Assembly: GCA_046563655.1 (NCBI GenBank) | Contig: CM102288.1 | Coordinates: 1,116,001-1,180,000 of the forward strand | Reading direction: 5' to 3' | Origin: Yuukianura sp. NJ FZ-2021 | Taxonomy: Eukaryota | DNA length: 64,000 bases | Shown: piece by piece, positions 23,607 to 34,238 of the stretch | Layout of the letters: each line of letters starts with the position of its first letter | Position numbering within the stretch: the stretch's first letter is position 1 | Translations under genes and position numbers: made by a program | The notes under the pieces: model-generated | What the model was told of the DNA's origin: nothing | Databases searched by the model: none | The model's input: the letters and a program-made list of their open reading frames with translations, nothing else

Positions 23607-26362
23607 ATGAGTAACCGAGTACTTAAGGTACTGAATGTAGCTGAGAAGAATGATGCGTCCAAACGAATAGCAAGTCTTCTGTCTAACGGAGGCGCAAGAA
23701 CAGTTAAGTATCAACTTTAAACAACTACTATAACGAAAAACGATATACGAGAAGGCGTGTTTTTTATTCCAGGGAAATGGAGCTTCGAAATATAACAAGA
23801 ATTACCAATTTCAGTATCGTCTTTGGAATGCAAACGCACAAATGACATTTACCTCAGTTTCTGGACATTTACTCAATTACGACTTTACACAGGATTACAG
23901 GAAATGGTACAACGTGGAACCAGTTGAACTGTTTGATGCACCTTTGGAGAGACTGTGTATTTCCACCATGAAAGATGTCAAAGTACGCAACTTCTTATTT
24001 TAATTGATGGAAAGAACCTAGACAATTATTAACTTTGGAATTTCAATTTTAGACAAACTTGGAACGTCAAGCGTCCTGCCACAACATCTTGATCATCTGG
24101 ACCGATTGTGATAGAGAAGGTGAACACATTGGTTTCGAAGTAATCGAAGTTTGCAGGCGTATAAATCCTAACCTCGACGTCTACCGAGCCAAGTTTTCAG
24201 AGATTACTCCGACAGCCATTACTCGAGCAATTCATAATTTAGTTCAGCCAGATAAGCGTGTCAACGATGCTGTGGATGTGAGGATGCAACTGGACCTGAG
24301 AATCGGTATCTTCACCAAGGCTAAATCGAATTCATTTCATACATATTGAATTTAACACGAATCTTTTTCAAAAGGAGCAGCATTTACGCGTTTTCAAACA
24401 ATGCGCCTTCAAAGAAGGTTTCCTTCCAAATTAACCAATCACGTCGTTAGCTACGGAAGCTGCCAGTTTCCTACGCTTGGGTTCGTTGTGGAAAGATACA
24501 AATCCATTATGAGTTTCATTCCCGAAGATTTCTGGAAAATTGCTGGTAAGCTGTCGTTGTTTTAACTTTTCTCTATTGATTTCTGAATTCTAAACTCTTC
24601 GTCTTCACTTGATGTAATACTTAGTTGCTCATACAATTGATGGAAAAAGAGTGGATTTCACTTGGGTCAGAGTTCGTCTTTTTAATGAACTTGCCTGTCG
24701 TTCAATATTCGAAAAATGTCAAGATTCACCCACCGCCACTGTCGTTTCTGTTACATCAAAACCCAAATCCAAATGGAGACCGGTGGCAATGGACACAGTT
24801 GTAAGTTACACTGTTATTTATTACACTGTAGTTTCTAAAGTATTGATTTTGAATGTGTACTTAAAATTGATTATCCCTGCCAATATGGTTTGCAATTTTC
24901 TAGGAACTTGAAAAACTCGCGTCGAGGAAACTCCGGATCAATGCCAAAGAGACAATGAAAATCGCTGAATCTCTGTACACTCGCGGTATCATCAGCTATC
25001 CAAGAACGGAGACAAACATTTTCCCTGGCGGCCTTGACTTGCGTCCCCTCATTCAGCAACATACGACTGATGCTAATTGGGGAGGTAAAATTATTTGCAT
25101 TGATAAATTGAAAATAGTACTGAATTGTGGAATAATCGCTGATCAATCTTTGCAAAACTTAGACTTTTCGCAGAGACTGCTTGCGCAAGGACCAAATCCA
25201 AGAAATGGAAGAAAGTCAGATCAAGCTCATCCGCCGATTCATCCTACCAGATATGAAACTGGTCTGCAAGGTGCGAAGATGACAACTTTATCTTCCAAAG
25301 CTTAAGTTTAAGTGTGACTATTGCATTGTTCTTCTAGAATTGTTGGTTTTGCAGGTAATGAGCTAAAGATTTACACTCTGATCGTTCGTCATTTCCTTGC
25401 GTGTTGTTCAAAAGATGCACTTGGCCAAGAAACTACTGTTGAAATTGACATTGCGGAAGAACGGGTATGATTATTTTTTTAACCTAGTTGACTACTGAAA
25501 TAAACTCAAATATGAAATACTTTGTTCATTTTAAGTTCATCGCGCATGGCCTCATTGTGCTTGAACGAAACTACTTGGAAGTTTACCCCTACGACAAATG
25601 GGCAGACAAAGAACTACCGAATTTTACTCAAGGACAAACTTTTATTCCAAATGTACTGGAAGTATCGCAGTCTCAAACGTCACCTCCAAATCTACTTACA
25701 GAAGCTGATTTAATTGCTCTTATGGAAAAACACGGAATTGGTATAAACAAATTCGATACTGGCAACATTTGTTGCCGCACAGTGTAGCCATCCATCCGTA
25801 AGATGGCTACACTGTGCGGCTACCATGACGGTCGTCGAACCTTACCCCAGCTGAAACCTGGTTAAACTGTTTCTTTTTTTTTAGGTACTGATGCAACCCA
25901 TGCTGATCATATTGAAACAATCAAGACAAGAAAATACATTGGAGTTGAAACGAATGGAAATCTTGTTCCTGGAGAACTGGGAATGGGATTGGTGGAGGGT
26001 TACGATGCAATGGGGATTGCCATGTCTAAACCCCATCTCAGAGCACATCTCGAAGCAGATTTAAAACGGTTTGAGCAGAATTTCAACTTTTAATTGTTTG
26101 AATTTTAACTCTAACTACTCATTTTATGAATTTAAGAATCTGCGAAGGACAGAAAGTGCCAGAAGATGTCCTCAGAGAGCAAGTTGCGAGTTATAGGGAT
26201 GTGTTTGTCCGGGTTTCGCAACAGGTTGCTTCTCTTAATTTTAGTTTAATGCAATTACATAATTTTTCATTTTATTATTGTCTAATAATTGTTGTACTAA
26301 ACGTGTAGGTTCAAAAATTGGATGACGCCGTGACCCAGTACTTGACGCGACCCGTTGGATAG
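23607..26362 (+). CDS. Top3a: DNA topoisomerase III-alpha, catalytic core only (611 aa)
   Basis: 12 exons: 23607-23702, 23773-23982, 24053-24305, 24375-24545, 24625-24800, 24904-25084, 25163-25270, 25355-25464, 25536-25740, 25885-26068, 26137-26224, 26309-26362 (1836 nt). Motifs: VLNVAEKND (alpha-type), [28 protein letters not shown], active site [31 protein letters not shown]. Confidence 0.95.
25774..25820. repeat. Perfect 19-bp inverted repeat (hairpin) in Top3a intron 9
   Basis: GCCGCACAGTGTAGCCATC (25774-25792), 9-nt loop, GATGGCTACACTGTGCGGC (25802-25820). Confidence 0.95.
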
Positions 26363-27069
26363 AACCATGACCAATTATGGAAAATACTTGACCGACCTGA
26401 CGTTTCTACTGTCTAAGGATTCGCTTTTTTGTTAGTTACTTATTTATTTTATTTGTTACGTTATGTTAAATGTTAGTTTCGCTTTTGGCATCAATAATAG
26501 TTCTTGCAACGTGAACTTAAATGCAACCTAGAACTAGTCTTTCGAAAAATATTTTCTTAAAAATTTTCCATTTTAAGCTCGTGAACCTTTTAAGCTTACT
26601 CTATTGTGTTCAGTTTGACAAGCTCGCTTGGTATTAACTTTTGGTGATTTTAGAAGTTCAGGTTTAATGACTCAACCATTTCTTGAAACTAAACAAAAAA
26701 CACACCCTTGGAACAATGTAAAAGAAAAACTTTTTCTTGGCTTTAAAAGCATTTGTACTATTCGAAATCTTTCTGAAAATTTGTTTTAAACTAAATGCTT
26801 CCCAGAATTTGAAGGGTACAGCGTCGTGCTGTAAGTTTGGGTCCTGTACAAAACTATTCCCTCTGTGTGTGTTTGTGTGAAGTTAGGATATTTTTCAACA
26901 AAGCTGAAAAGGTCAAGGCTATAAAATCACAAACTTGAGCATCCCATTTCTCTGTGTCCGTCTGACTATACGATCTTGTCAAATTCTCTCCAGTTAGGTT
27001 ATTCTACGATTCCTCCAACTTTATTCGTTCACCCGGTACCAGTCGTACGTCCGTCGCTTCCAACTTACG

Positions 27070-27745
27070 ATGATACGAGAAGTCATCCACTTCGTTTTTC
27101 GAATGCTGCTGGCAATTGAGTTTGTCATACAGTATGCACTCTGCTCTGGACCTCCAAACGAAGTCGAGGTTAGTTTACTATCCAAAATTTTGATCATGTC
27201 ATGTCAGGTCAAAGTTTCTTGACAACCAACGTTAACGTTTTACTTTCAAGAAATACTTGTCTAACTACCTTGAATTTATGGTGTTACTACTATGAGTATT
27301 ATTCGTCTTTTAAGTTTTCCAAGAAATTCTTTAGGGATGGGTTTGAGCGCTTTGTTTTATTCTTTTAGGTTTTTGTACATAAATACAACCTTGAACTCGC
27401 GCGGGACGAGGACTTCGTCAAGAAAAGGATTGAGGCATGGGAAGACACACACAAGATTGTTCGAGAAAAAATTTGGGCTTGGAACGAGACACTGAAGAAC
27501 ATTCAAGCGTCGCGACGCACGTTTCGCGTTTTTGTTGGACAGTCTAATCAACGTCCGGTAAGATCTCAATTTTTTTTTTAATAAAATATTGTTCAGCAAT
27601 TTCTTAGGGTACTTGTGGAAGTTCGATTTTCGGTTCCTGTTCCAAATCTTCCGTAGATTGGGATGTAGGTTGGTCCAAGCGAGTCCACTCTACCCCTAAA
27701 GGAATTTATGGGACCATCGACCATCAAGAATACTTACATACTTAG
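27070..27745 (+). CDS. Small orphan, probably secreted protein (141 aa), absent from the ORF track
   Basis: Exons 27070-27168, 27369-27557, 27608-27745, all phase 0 with GT-AG sites (GAG|gttagt, ttttag|, CCG|gtaaga, cttag|) and stop-free. TATAAAA at 26920. Hydrophobic N-terminus. Confidence 0.75.
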
Positions 27746-28589
27746 TTTTTACCTGTCTTTTGTTTTTTTTTAATATTTACCCCAGTTTTTAAAATCATAA
27801 CGCAAAATGCTTTATAATTTTGATAAAGTTTTTTGGTTTATTTGATTTGTTTTGAATGTGAACTCTCAATTAAATTATAAATCAAATGTCGCTCGTTAAA
27901 TTTTCTGCCTATGTTCTAAGTTATTTCTACTTTCGGTTTGGTTAGATAGATGCGGTGTGGTGTATTTAAGCATTTTGGTCAATTGGAGAATTCATTGGGC
28001 TTAATTTTAATTGGTTTTAGGTTAACGAGAGGTGCCAAGGATGAATTTATGGGACTGGAATTCATGACTACTTTCATTTCTGGCTACGGTTACATTTCCA
28101 AGCTCTGCAAATGCTTTCATACACTATTTAGTTTTCGGTTGAGTTGAGTAGTTAACCGTACTAAATACCGTAGAATGAACTATAATAAACATTTTGTACT
28201 GTTAAAATTAATTCCATTTTAAGAGTGAGTTTAGAAATAAAATTAGCCCTATAGCTCTGACTTGAGTTGACTACAAAGACAAACTCTACTAAACGAATTG
28301 AAACGCAGTTTGATATTTTAGTAGTAACTTTTCGCAAATGGGGTTTAGTTGTTATGTTATGCCAAAATTAGTTTCACGTTTGTCTAAGATTTCAATCGTG
28401 ACATTCATTCCTAATTTAGTGGGCACTTGCCCTGATCAAAATTTGCTCAATATAGCCTCAACTTTCAGCCTAACGTTTGATTTTAATTTGATAAAGTACT
28501 TCTTCATATTTTGACGTCTTATAAAAGAACGCTATAAAAGGAACAGTTTACATTCAGTTGGAACGTTTGTTCTTCGGGGAAATTGCAAT

Positions 28590-30527
28590 ATGAATCGGTA
28601 CACGATCGTATTCGTAATTGTTTGTTTAACTTTAAGTTGTACAAGTCATTTATTCGTGGGAGGAACAAATTCAAATGCAAACTGTTCAAGTATTTCACCA
28701 TTGCTGTTCCAACTTTTACTTCAACTTTTTCCAAATCATCACTTCAACTTGATCCAAGACGACAAAAGTGCAGGCAGCTTTTCATTGTCCCAACTCTGGA
28801 CAGTTTCCACAATTACCATCACTACTGGAACAGTATTTGCCACGAACTGGACATCGCAGCATCTTGTTCATCGATATCTCAATTGGGATTGGCTCAACTT
28901 TGTAGTCGTGGATGGAAGTATTGACCAACATTTATTTCAACGTATGACCGAAAACGTAGTTTCAAGAGCCACTCGACAACTCTATACCGACTACACCATG
29001 ATTTGGCAACATCAAAATTTCAATCCGACGCTTCTACATTCTCCACATCTTCAAAAATTGAAATTCAAAGTTGAAATGCACCAATCAACTCCCGATTCCA
29101 ACGAAATTCACTTCAGTTCAATTTGTTTTTACTGTAACAATGGACAGCCTGTGAAGCAAACGAAAACATACGTTTTGAACCAAAATTTCATCAAAATTAG
29201 TACGAAATCCGAAATTTTTCCGGATTTCACTACCGGATTTCATGGAAAAACGGTTCGAGTTACAGGCGGAATTGGAATTCCACTGCTAATGGATTTCGGC
29301 CAATCAGAAAACGGAACTTGGTTCCCCAGAAGAGGATTTATGATTGATCCAATATTTTTTCAAGTTCAATTCAAAATGAACTTTACCATTACAACTCGCG
29401 TTTTTAAAACTTTTGGATCACAGTTGGAAAATGGCTCATTTACTGGATTTGTGAACGAATTGTTTCATGATAGAGCCGATATCGGTATGGCTGGACAGTC
29501 TTATGATCGAATTCAAGCTGTGCATTTTCTAGATCCAATACATATTGACAGTGTTTCTTTTGCTACAGCAGTGCCTCACACTGGAGTCAAATGGACAGCC
29601 ATTTTTAAAGCGTTCAACTGGGACGCTTGGTTACTTTTGATTGGGATTTGTTTTCTGATTGTCCTTCCAGTGTACACTGCGCTTCAAAAATTTCACAAAC
29701 TTCAAAAATTTCAAATTTCTTTCAAAACTTCCTGGAAGGATTTTGGAAATGGGATTGGATTCATTTATAGACCAATCCTGGAACAGGACTTGACCGACCA
29801 ACTTGTTCCAAAGTACGACTCTGGAAAATTGTTAACAATTTTTTGGCTCTACACTGTCGTCATTGTGACTGTTGCATATAAAAGTAAGTTAACATCACTC
29901 ATGGTCATGCCCGAAGCAGAACTTGTTCCAAACAGTTTTGAAGAACTGGCAGCATCCAAGTACAAAATCATTCTACATCATGTTGGTGGCGCTCTGCATA
30001 AAAATATTCAATCAACATCTTCTCCCACTTTTCAAAAAATTGCTAAACGGCTAACACTGGAGAAATCCATGTTTCAGTGTCTCCAAAAAGCACAACTTTC
30101 TAAGAAAACTGCTTGTGTCTCCTATATTCATAATATTATTGGCGAAACGTTTAGAAATTTTACTGATTCCAATGGAATTTCGTGTCTAAGGATGGCCCAA
30201 ACTAATGTTTTTATGACAGCAGGGTCATATTTTGTGCAAAAAAGTGCTGTTTTTAGAGACAGCATGAATTCAGTTGTAGCAAATCAAATTGCATTTGGAT
30301 TTGGAAAGTTAGGGCTTGATCGAGCTTTTCAAAAACCAATGGATGAAGGGAAAATTTGGGCTCGAGAGAGACCAGATTTGTTCAAATGGTCCAAAAGTGA
30401 TGGTGGACCACAACCAACTCAACTGGGTCATGTCATAGCTGCTTTTGGAATTCAATTTGTCTGTCTTTGTATTGCACTGATTGTTTTTGGTTTTGAAAAA
30501 TTCGTTTTCAAGATAAAGATTTATTAA
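28590..30527 (+). CDS. Divergent ionotropic receptor (IR, iGluR-related chemoreceptor), intronless, 645 aa
   Basis: Signal peptide. S1 lobe FGSQLENGSFTGFVNELFHDRADIGM...SYDRIQAVHF. AIFKAFNWDAW then M1, pore region, M2 ending AYKSKLTSLM, PNSFEELA S2 lobe, C-terminal M3. Two TATAAAAG boxes (28520, 28533) and TCAGTT (28554) upstream. Confidence 0.92.
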   Translation: MNRYTIVFVIVCLTLSCTSHLFVGGTNSNANCSSISPLLFQLLLQLFPNHHFNLIQDDKSAGSFSLSQLWTVSTITITTGTVFATNWTSQHLVHRYLNWDWLNFVVVDGSIDQHLFQRMTENVVSRATRQLYTDYTMIWQHQNFNPTLLHSPHLQKLKFKVEMHQSTPDSNEIHFSSICFYCNNGQPVKQTKTYVLNQNFIKISTKSEIFPDFTTGFHGKTVRVTGGIGIPLLMDFGQSENGTWFPRRGFMIDPIFFQVQFKMNFTITTRVFKTFGSQLENGSFTGFVNELFHDRADIGMAGQSYDRIQAVHFLDPIHIDSVSFATAVPHTGVKWTAIFKAFNWDAWLLLIGICFLIVLPVYTALQKFHKLQKFQISFKTSWKDFGNGIGFIYRPILEQDLTDQLVPKYDSGKLLTIFWLYTVVIVTVAYKSKLTSLMVMPEAELVPNSFEELAASKYKIILHHVGGALHKNIQSTSSPTFQKIAKRLTLEKSMFQCLQKAQLSKKTACVSYIHNIIGETFRNFTDSNGISCLRMAQTNVFMTAGSYFVQKSAVFRDSMNSVVANQIAFGFGKLGLDRAFQKPMDEGKIWARERPDLFKWSKSDGGPQPTQLGHVIAAFGIQFVCLCIALIVFGFEKFVFKIKIY

Positions 30528-31125
30528 ATAGCAAAAATGGGTGGGCTACTTCATGTTTTTCCCAAGTCTGTCTGTCTGTCTGTCTGCAGGACACTATAAC
30601 TCTGGAACCACTGAACCGATTTAAAAAAATTGCAAAATATTGTTTTTTTAAAACGCCATCACACCTTCTAACTTTGTGCAGAAGGTCGTTTGGAAAAAGT
30701 CAGGATTAGGCTAACAAATTCACTACAGTTCATTTTTGTTTTTTATGGAAATTTAAAAAATTCCAAAGTATTGATTTTTAAAAACACCATCACACTCTCT
30801 AACTTTTTACAGAAGGATTTTTGGAAAAAGTCAGGATTAGGCTAACAAATTTACTAAAGTGCATCTTCCTTATTTATGAAAATTTAAAAAAATCCAAAAT
30901 ATTGTTTTTTTAAAACACCATCACACCTTCTAACTTTGTACAGAAGGACTTTTGGAAAAAGTCAGGATTAGGCTAACAAATTCACTAAAGTGCATCTTCC
31001 TTAATTATGAAAATTTAAAAAAATCCAAAATATTCATTTTTAAAAACACCATTACACCTTCTAACTTTCCAGAGAAGGACTTTTGCAAAAAGTCAGGATT
31101 ACGCTAGCTTTTATTTGCTATAGTT
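30528..31125. mobile_element. DINE-1/HINE (Helentron-associated)-like non-autonomous element
   Basis: Short subterminal inverted repeat ATAGCAAA (30528) / TTTGCTAT (31114), (GTCT)n microsatellite at 30566-30586 followed by ...AACCGATTT, then central tandem repeats. This order matches DINE-1-type elements; the classification is inference. Confidence 0.55.
30622..31105. repeat. Tandem repeat, 131-bp unit, about 3.7 copies
   Basis: Anchor GTCAGGATTA recurs at 30699, 30830, 30961 and 31092 (period 131). Confidence 0.95.
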
Positions 31126-32846
31126 TTCCCCCATAATTCCTTAAACAAAAAAATTGTTTTTCTAGCGTCTACTTTTACGTGGCACACCCTGTACTTTTGA
31201 AAAGCTAGCTTACTAAAGCAAGATACCCTGACACAATTACTCAAATGAAAAAAATATCAGGTTTGAAAATCAAAAAAAAAATGTTGATTGAAAGTTCGTA
31301 GTGGATTAAGACGTGCATGATCTAAATCTTGATAGAAAAACGAAAAAGCTACTTAACTAAATTGTTAAACTTAAGTAAATTATATTTGAATCTCAAGATC
31401 TGACGTAAGATATTTGATGACTTCCGAAAATGATTCACTTTGTTACAAGATTTTTTGATTCTAGAAACCAATTAATTATAAACTTCCAATTGATTTCAAT
31501 TTAAGAGAACTTTGGAGGTCATCAGGAAGGAAGGAAGCTTGTTCCTGGTCAACATCCTCCTCAATTGAATCATTTGATCTCCATTGCTTAACAGGTCACA
31601 GTCAAGGTCACAGCATCCAGAGGAACAAAAGATGTTAGACACCTTAGGGTACATAGACTATTTAACTCGCAGTTATTAAAGTCACGAACAAGTCCATAAT
31701 TGTAGGCTCCATTGTTGATTGTTTTACTTTTGTTAAAAAGTAATCAGAAGCTCGTTCACTCCATGTTGAGAGTCAACAATTAATTACATAACCTCCATTT
31801 ACCTCCCATTGTTTTCTGTTAGTCAATTTTAAATGGAAGTGTCCAAATAAAAACAAAATCAATCAAAATCCTCGTTACAACCAACAATTTATGCCAAAGT
31901 CAACTACGATATTGATTTATTTATTTAGATTTACTTTTACATAAATAGTTACTCCCTCCATTTTAAATCGTTTTCTAGTTATTTCCGCTACAAAATTTAA
32001 GAAATCAAAATTATGAGCAAATTTGGCATTTTTCTTTCTTTTCTGTGCTCTATCCACGTTTTTAAACAAAAATTTTGACAAAAATTTTTGTCAAAAATTA
32101 ATTTCAAAATACAAAAAAAAAAATTAAGAAGAGCGAAGTTCCGGTTTAAGTTGATTTGTGATTGGTCATGATCAATGTTAAAGTTAAATGACTGGGCGTC
32201 TGTAGTTGTGTCAATTGAAGATTAATTAAAGTGTTTCTCATTTACTTCAATGTTAAAGGCGGACTTTGTAATAGGAAGTAAATTTCGTGCAATTTTGAAA
32301 CTTATCAAGATCAAAAACTAAATCAATTCTAAACCCAGCTCCACCTACGCCTAGAAATTGAAAATTTTCAATTCAAATGCTTCAATCTTCACGACTAAAT
32401 TCCACTTTTTATACACACTGGTGAACATTTCAAGAAAAATGCCAATTTTTTTTTTGTATTTTATAAAAAATGCTAAATTTTTCATGACTTGTGTACGATT
32501 TAATGGAGGTATTGTCCAGTACCCTGCTCTGCTGAACTTGTTGTTAAACAAAGGCTTTTTGGAACTTAATCTCTGCCTCTTGAGAGTTGTATTGTGTGGG
32601 GTGTGTCAATCTTATTGGTTGCAATAAAAATTATTATTTCTTTACACTTCCTTTTCGAAAAGCTTCATTTTTTTACGTTCAGAAGGTCAGTAGATGGAAT
32701 ATAAAAGGTGGATGTGTCCTTGCTTCATTTTTATTTACATCTCTTCAGCTCACTTCAGGAAGAGGGGCAACTACAACAGGATCCATTTTTTATACCTCAT
32801 ATTTTAAAAAAATATAATTAAAATTTTTCACTTTTTATAAAAAAAA

Positions 32847-34238
32847 ATGGAGTTAGTTGAAAAGTTAGCTATTTGGATTTTATTAACTTATTTTAATGTA
32901 AATCAAGTCCAGTCAGGCCGTGTTCTCCTCAATGGTCCATCAATTCAAACGTCGGATTTACGGGCAATTGATGGCTATGTGGCTTCAGGATTACCACTTT
33001 TCGCTGACACGCACGGATTTGTACTTCACTCGGGTAAATGTTTTATATAATATAAAAATTTTATATAATATAAATAATAGAAACAAATACAAAAAAATAG
33101 TAATAGTAAGTCTACTGCCATTTCCATTGTGTTTTGTAGCTGGTGTTAAATTGTGTTTAAGAAATTATGATTTGGTAACAAAAAATTGAGAAGAGTATGG
33201 GGGGACATTAGTGTCAAAATTTGGTGCGATATCCTTCACACCTCATTGAGAGTTTCAATGAAGACACCCATTAACACTTGAGAACTAATCAAAAGGAAGA
33301 ATAGATGAACTATGAAAGATTAAATTTTGATTCTATTTTTACAGGCATGCGTCCTGTTATAGTCAAAGTGAAGGATCCGAATAAGGTCATTCGTGACGGT
33401 AAGTGTCCATTGTCTATTCAAAAAAAATCCAATTGTGAATTTAATGTCAAGATTTCACTAAATTCTTCAAAATGTTTTTGTTACACAATTCTTGCACAGG
33501 AATTGAGCAGCCTAACCCTGCCTATTACAGGTAATTTTGAAACTTAAAATTCAACTACCTTAACATAAATTTTAATTAAAAAATTTGAAATTTAAAAAAA
33601 TTAAATTATTTTCAAAATTTTTATTTCTTGTTGCTTGAAGGGATTTGCCTGCGGTGATTCCCCATGGTTTTGAAGGCGTTTCGTCAACTTCCTTTTTACT
33701 TGGAAATCCAATTCCCCCGTCCCGATTTTTCGCGCCAAAAGCCGGTCCAGTCGTGTCCTTCAGCCCTCCAGTTATGAAGATGATGTCAAAGGTCAACGAA
33801 CCAATGATGACCTCTGAAAACACCGAAAGTCAAACACCACAACCAATTGCAGAACAGTCAATTCGTGTTGAAAGTACTCTAAATCCTACACTGAGAGCAG
33901 GTCATGCTATGAACCAAATCCAGCGAAATAATTTTAAGCCAATGACAAACCCCGTTGTGGTTCAAACATCCGAATTTGAGTCCAATTTGCCCAATGACTT
34001 TAGAAATCCATTCTACAGGTGAGAGGGCTCAAACGATTTCACATGTATTTTGAAAATTGAAATTTTCTAAAAATTGAAATTTTCTAAAAATTGAAATTTT
34101 AGGAATGAAATGCTGGCAAGTACATTAGCTAGAGAAAGTTTGCCAGCTCCTGGAGAAGAACTGGTTGACGAATGGAATACAAACAAAATCCGAGAAGGGC
34201 GTGTCCGAGATTTGCTTTCTGGAGCAGGATTAATTTAA
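32847..34238 (+). CDS. Secreted protein (~261 aa) with a conserved-looking C-terminal domain
   Basis: Exons 32847-33033, 33345-33398, 33500-33530, 33641-34018, 34103-34238 join in frame. Signal peptide MELVEKLAIWILLTYFNVNQVQS. TATAAAAG at 32700, AATAAA at ~34306. C-terminus ESNLPNDFRNPFYRNEMLASTLARES...GEELV...KI...LLSGAGLI. Confidence 0.85.

Noticed and set aside
26360..26416. Readthrough or cryptic splicing that would extend Top3a
   Set aside because: TAG-A is a poor readthrough context, the frame closes after 17 codons, and no zinc-finger exons follow.
27950..28147. 65-aa ORF between the orphan gene and the IR
   Set aside because: No convincing exon chain or homology; compatible with chance.
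30622..31105. Regular repeats as a CRISPR-like array
   Set aside because: Whole 131-bp units are homologous with no unique spacers, and the DNA is eukaryotic.
34054..34100. 17-bp tandem repeat in an intron
   Set aside because: Ordinary AT-rich slippage duplication.
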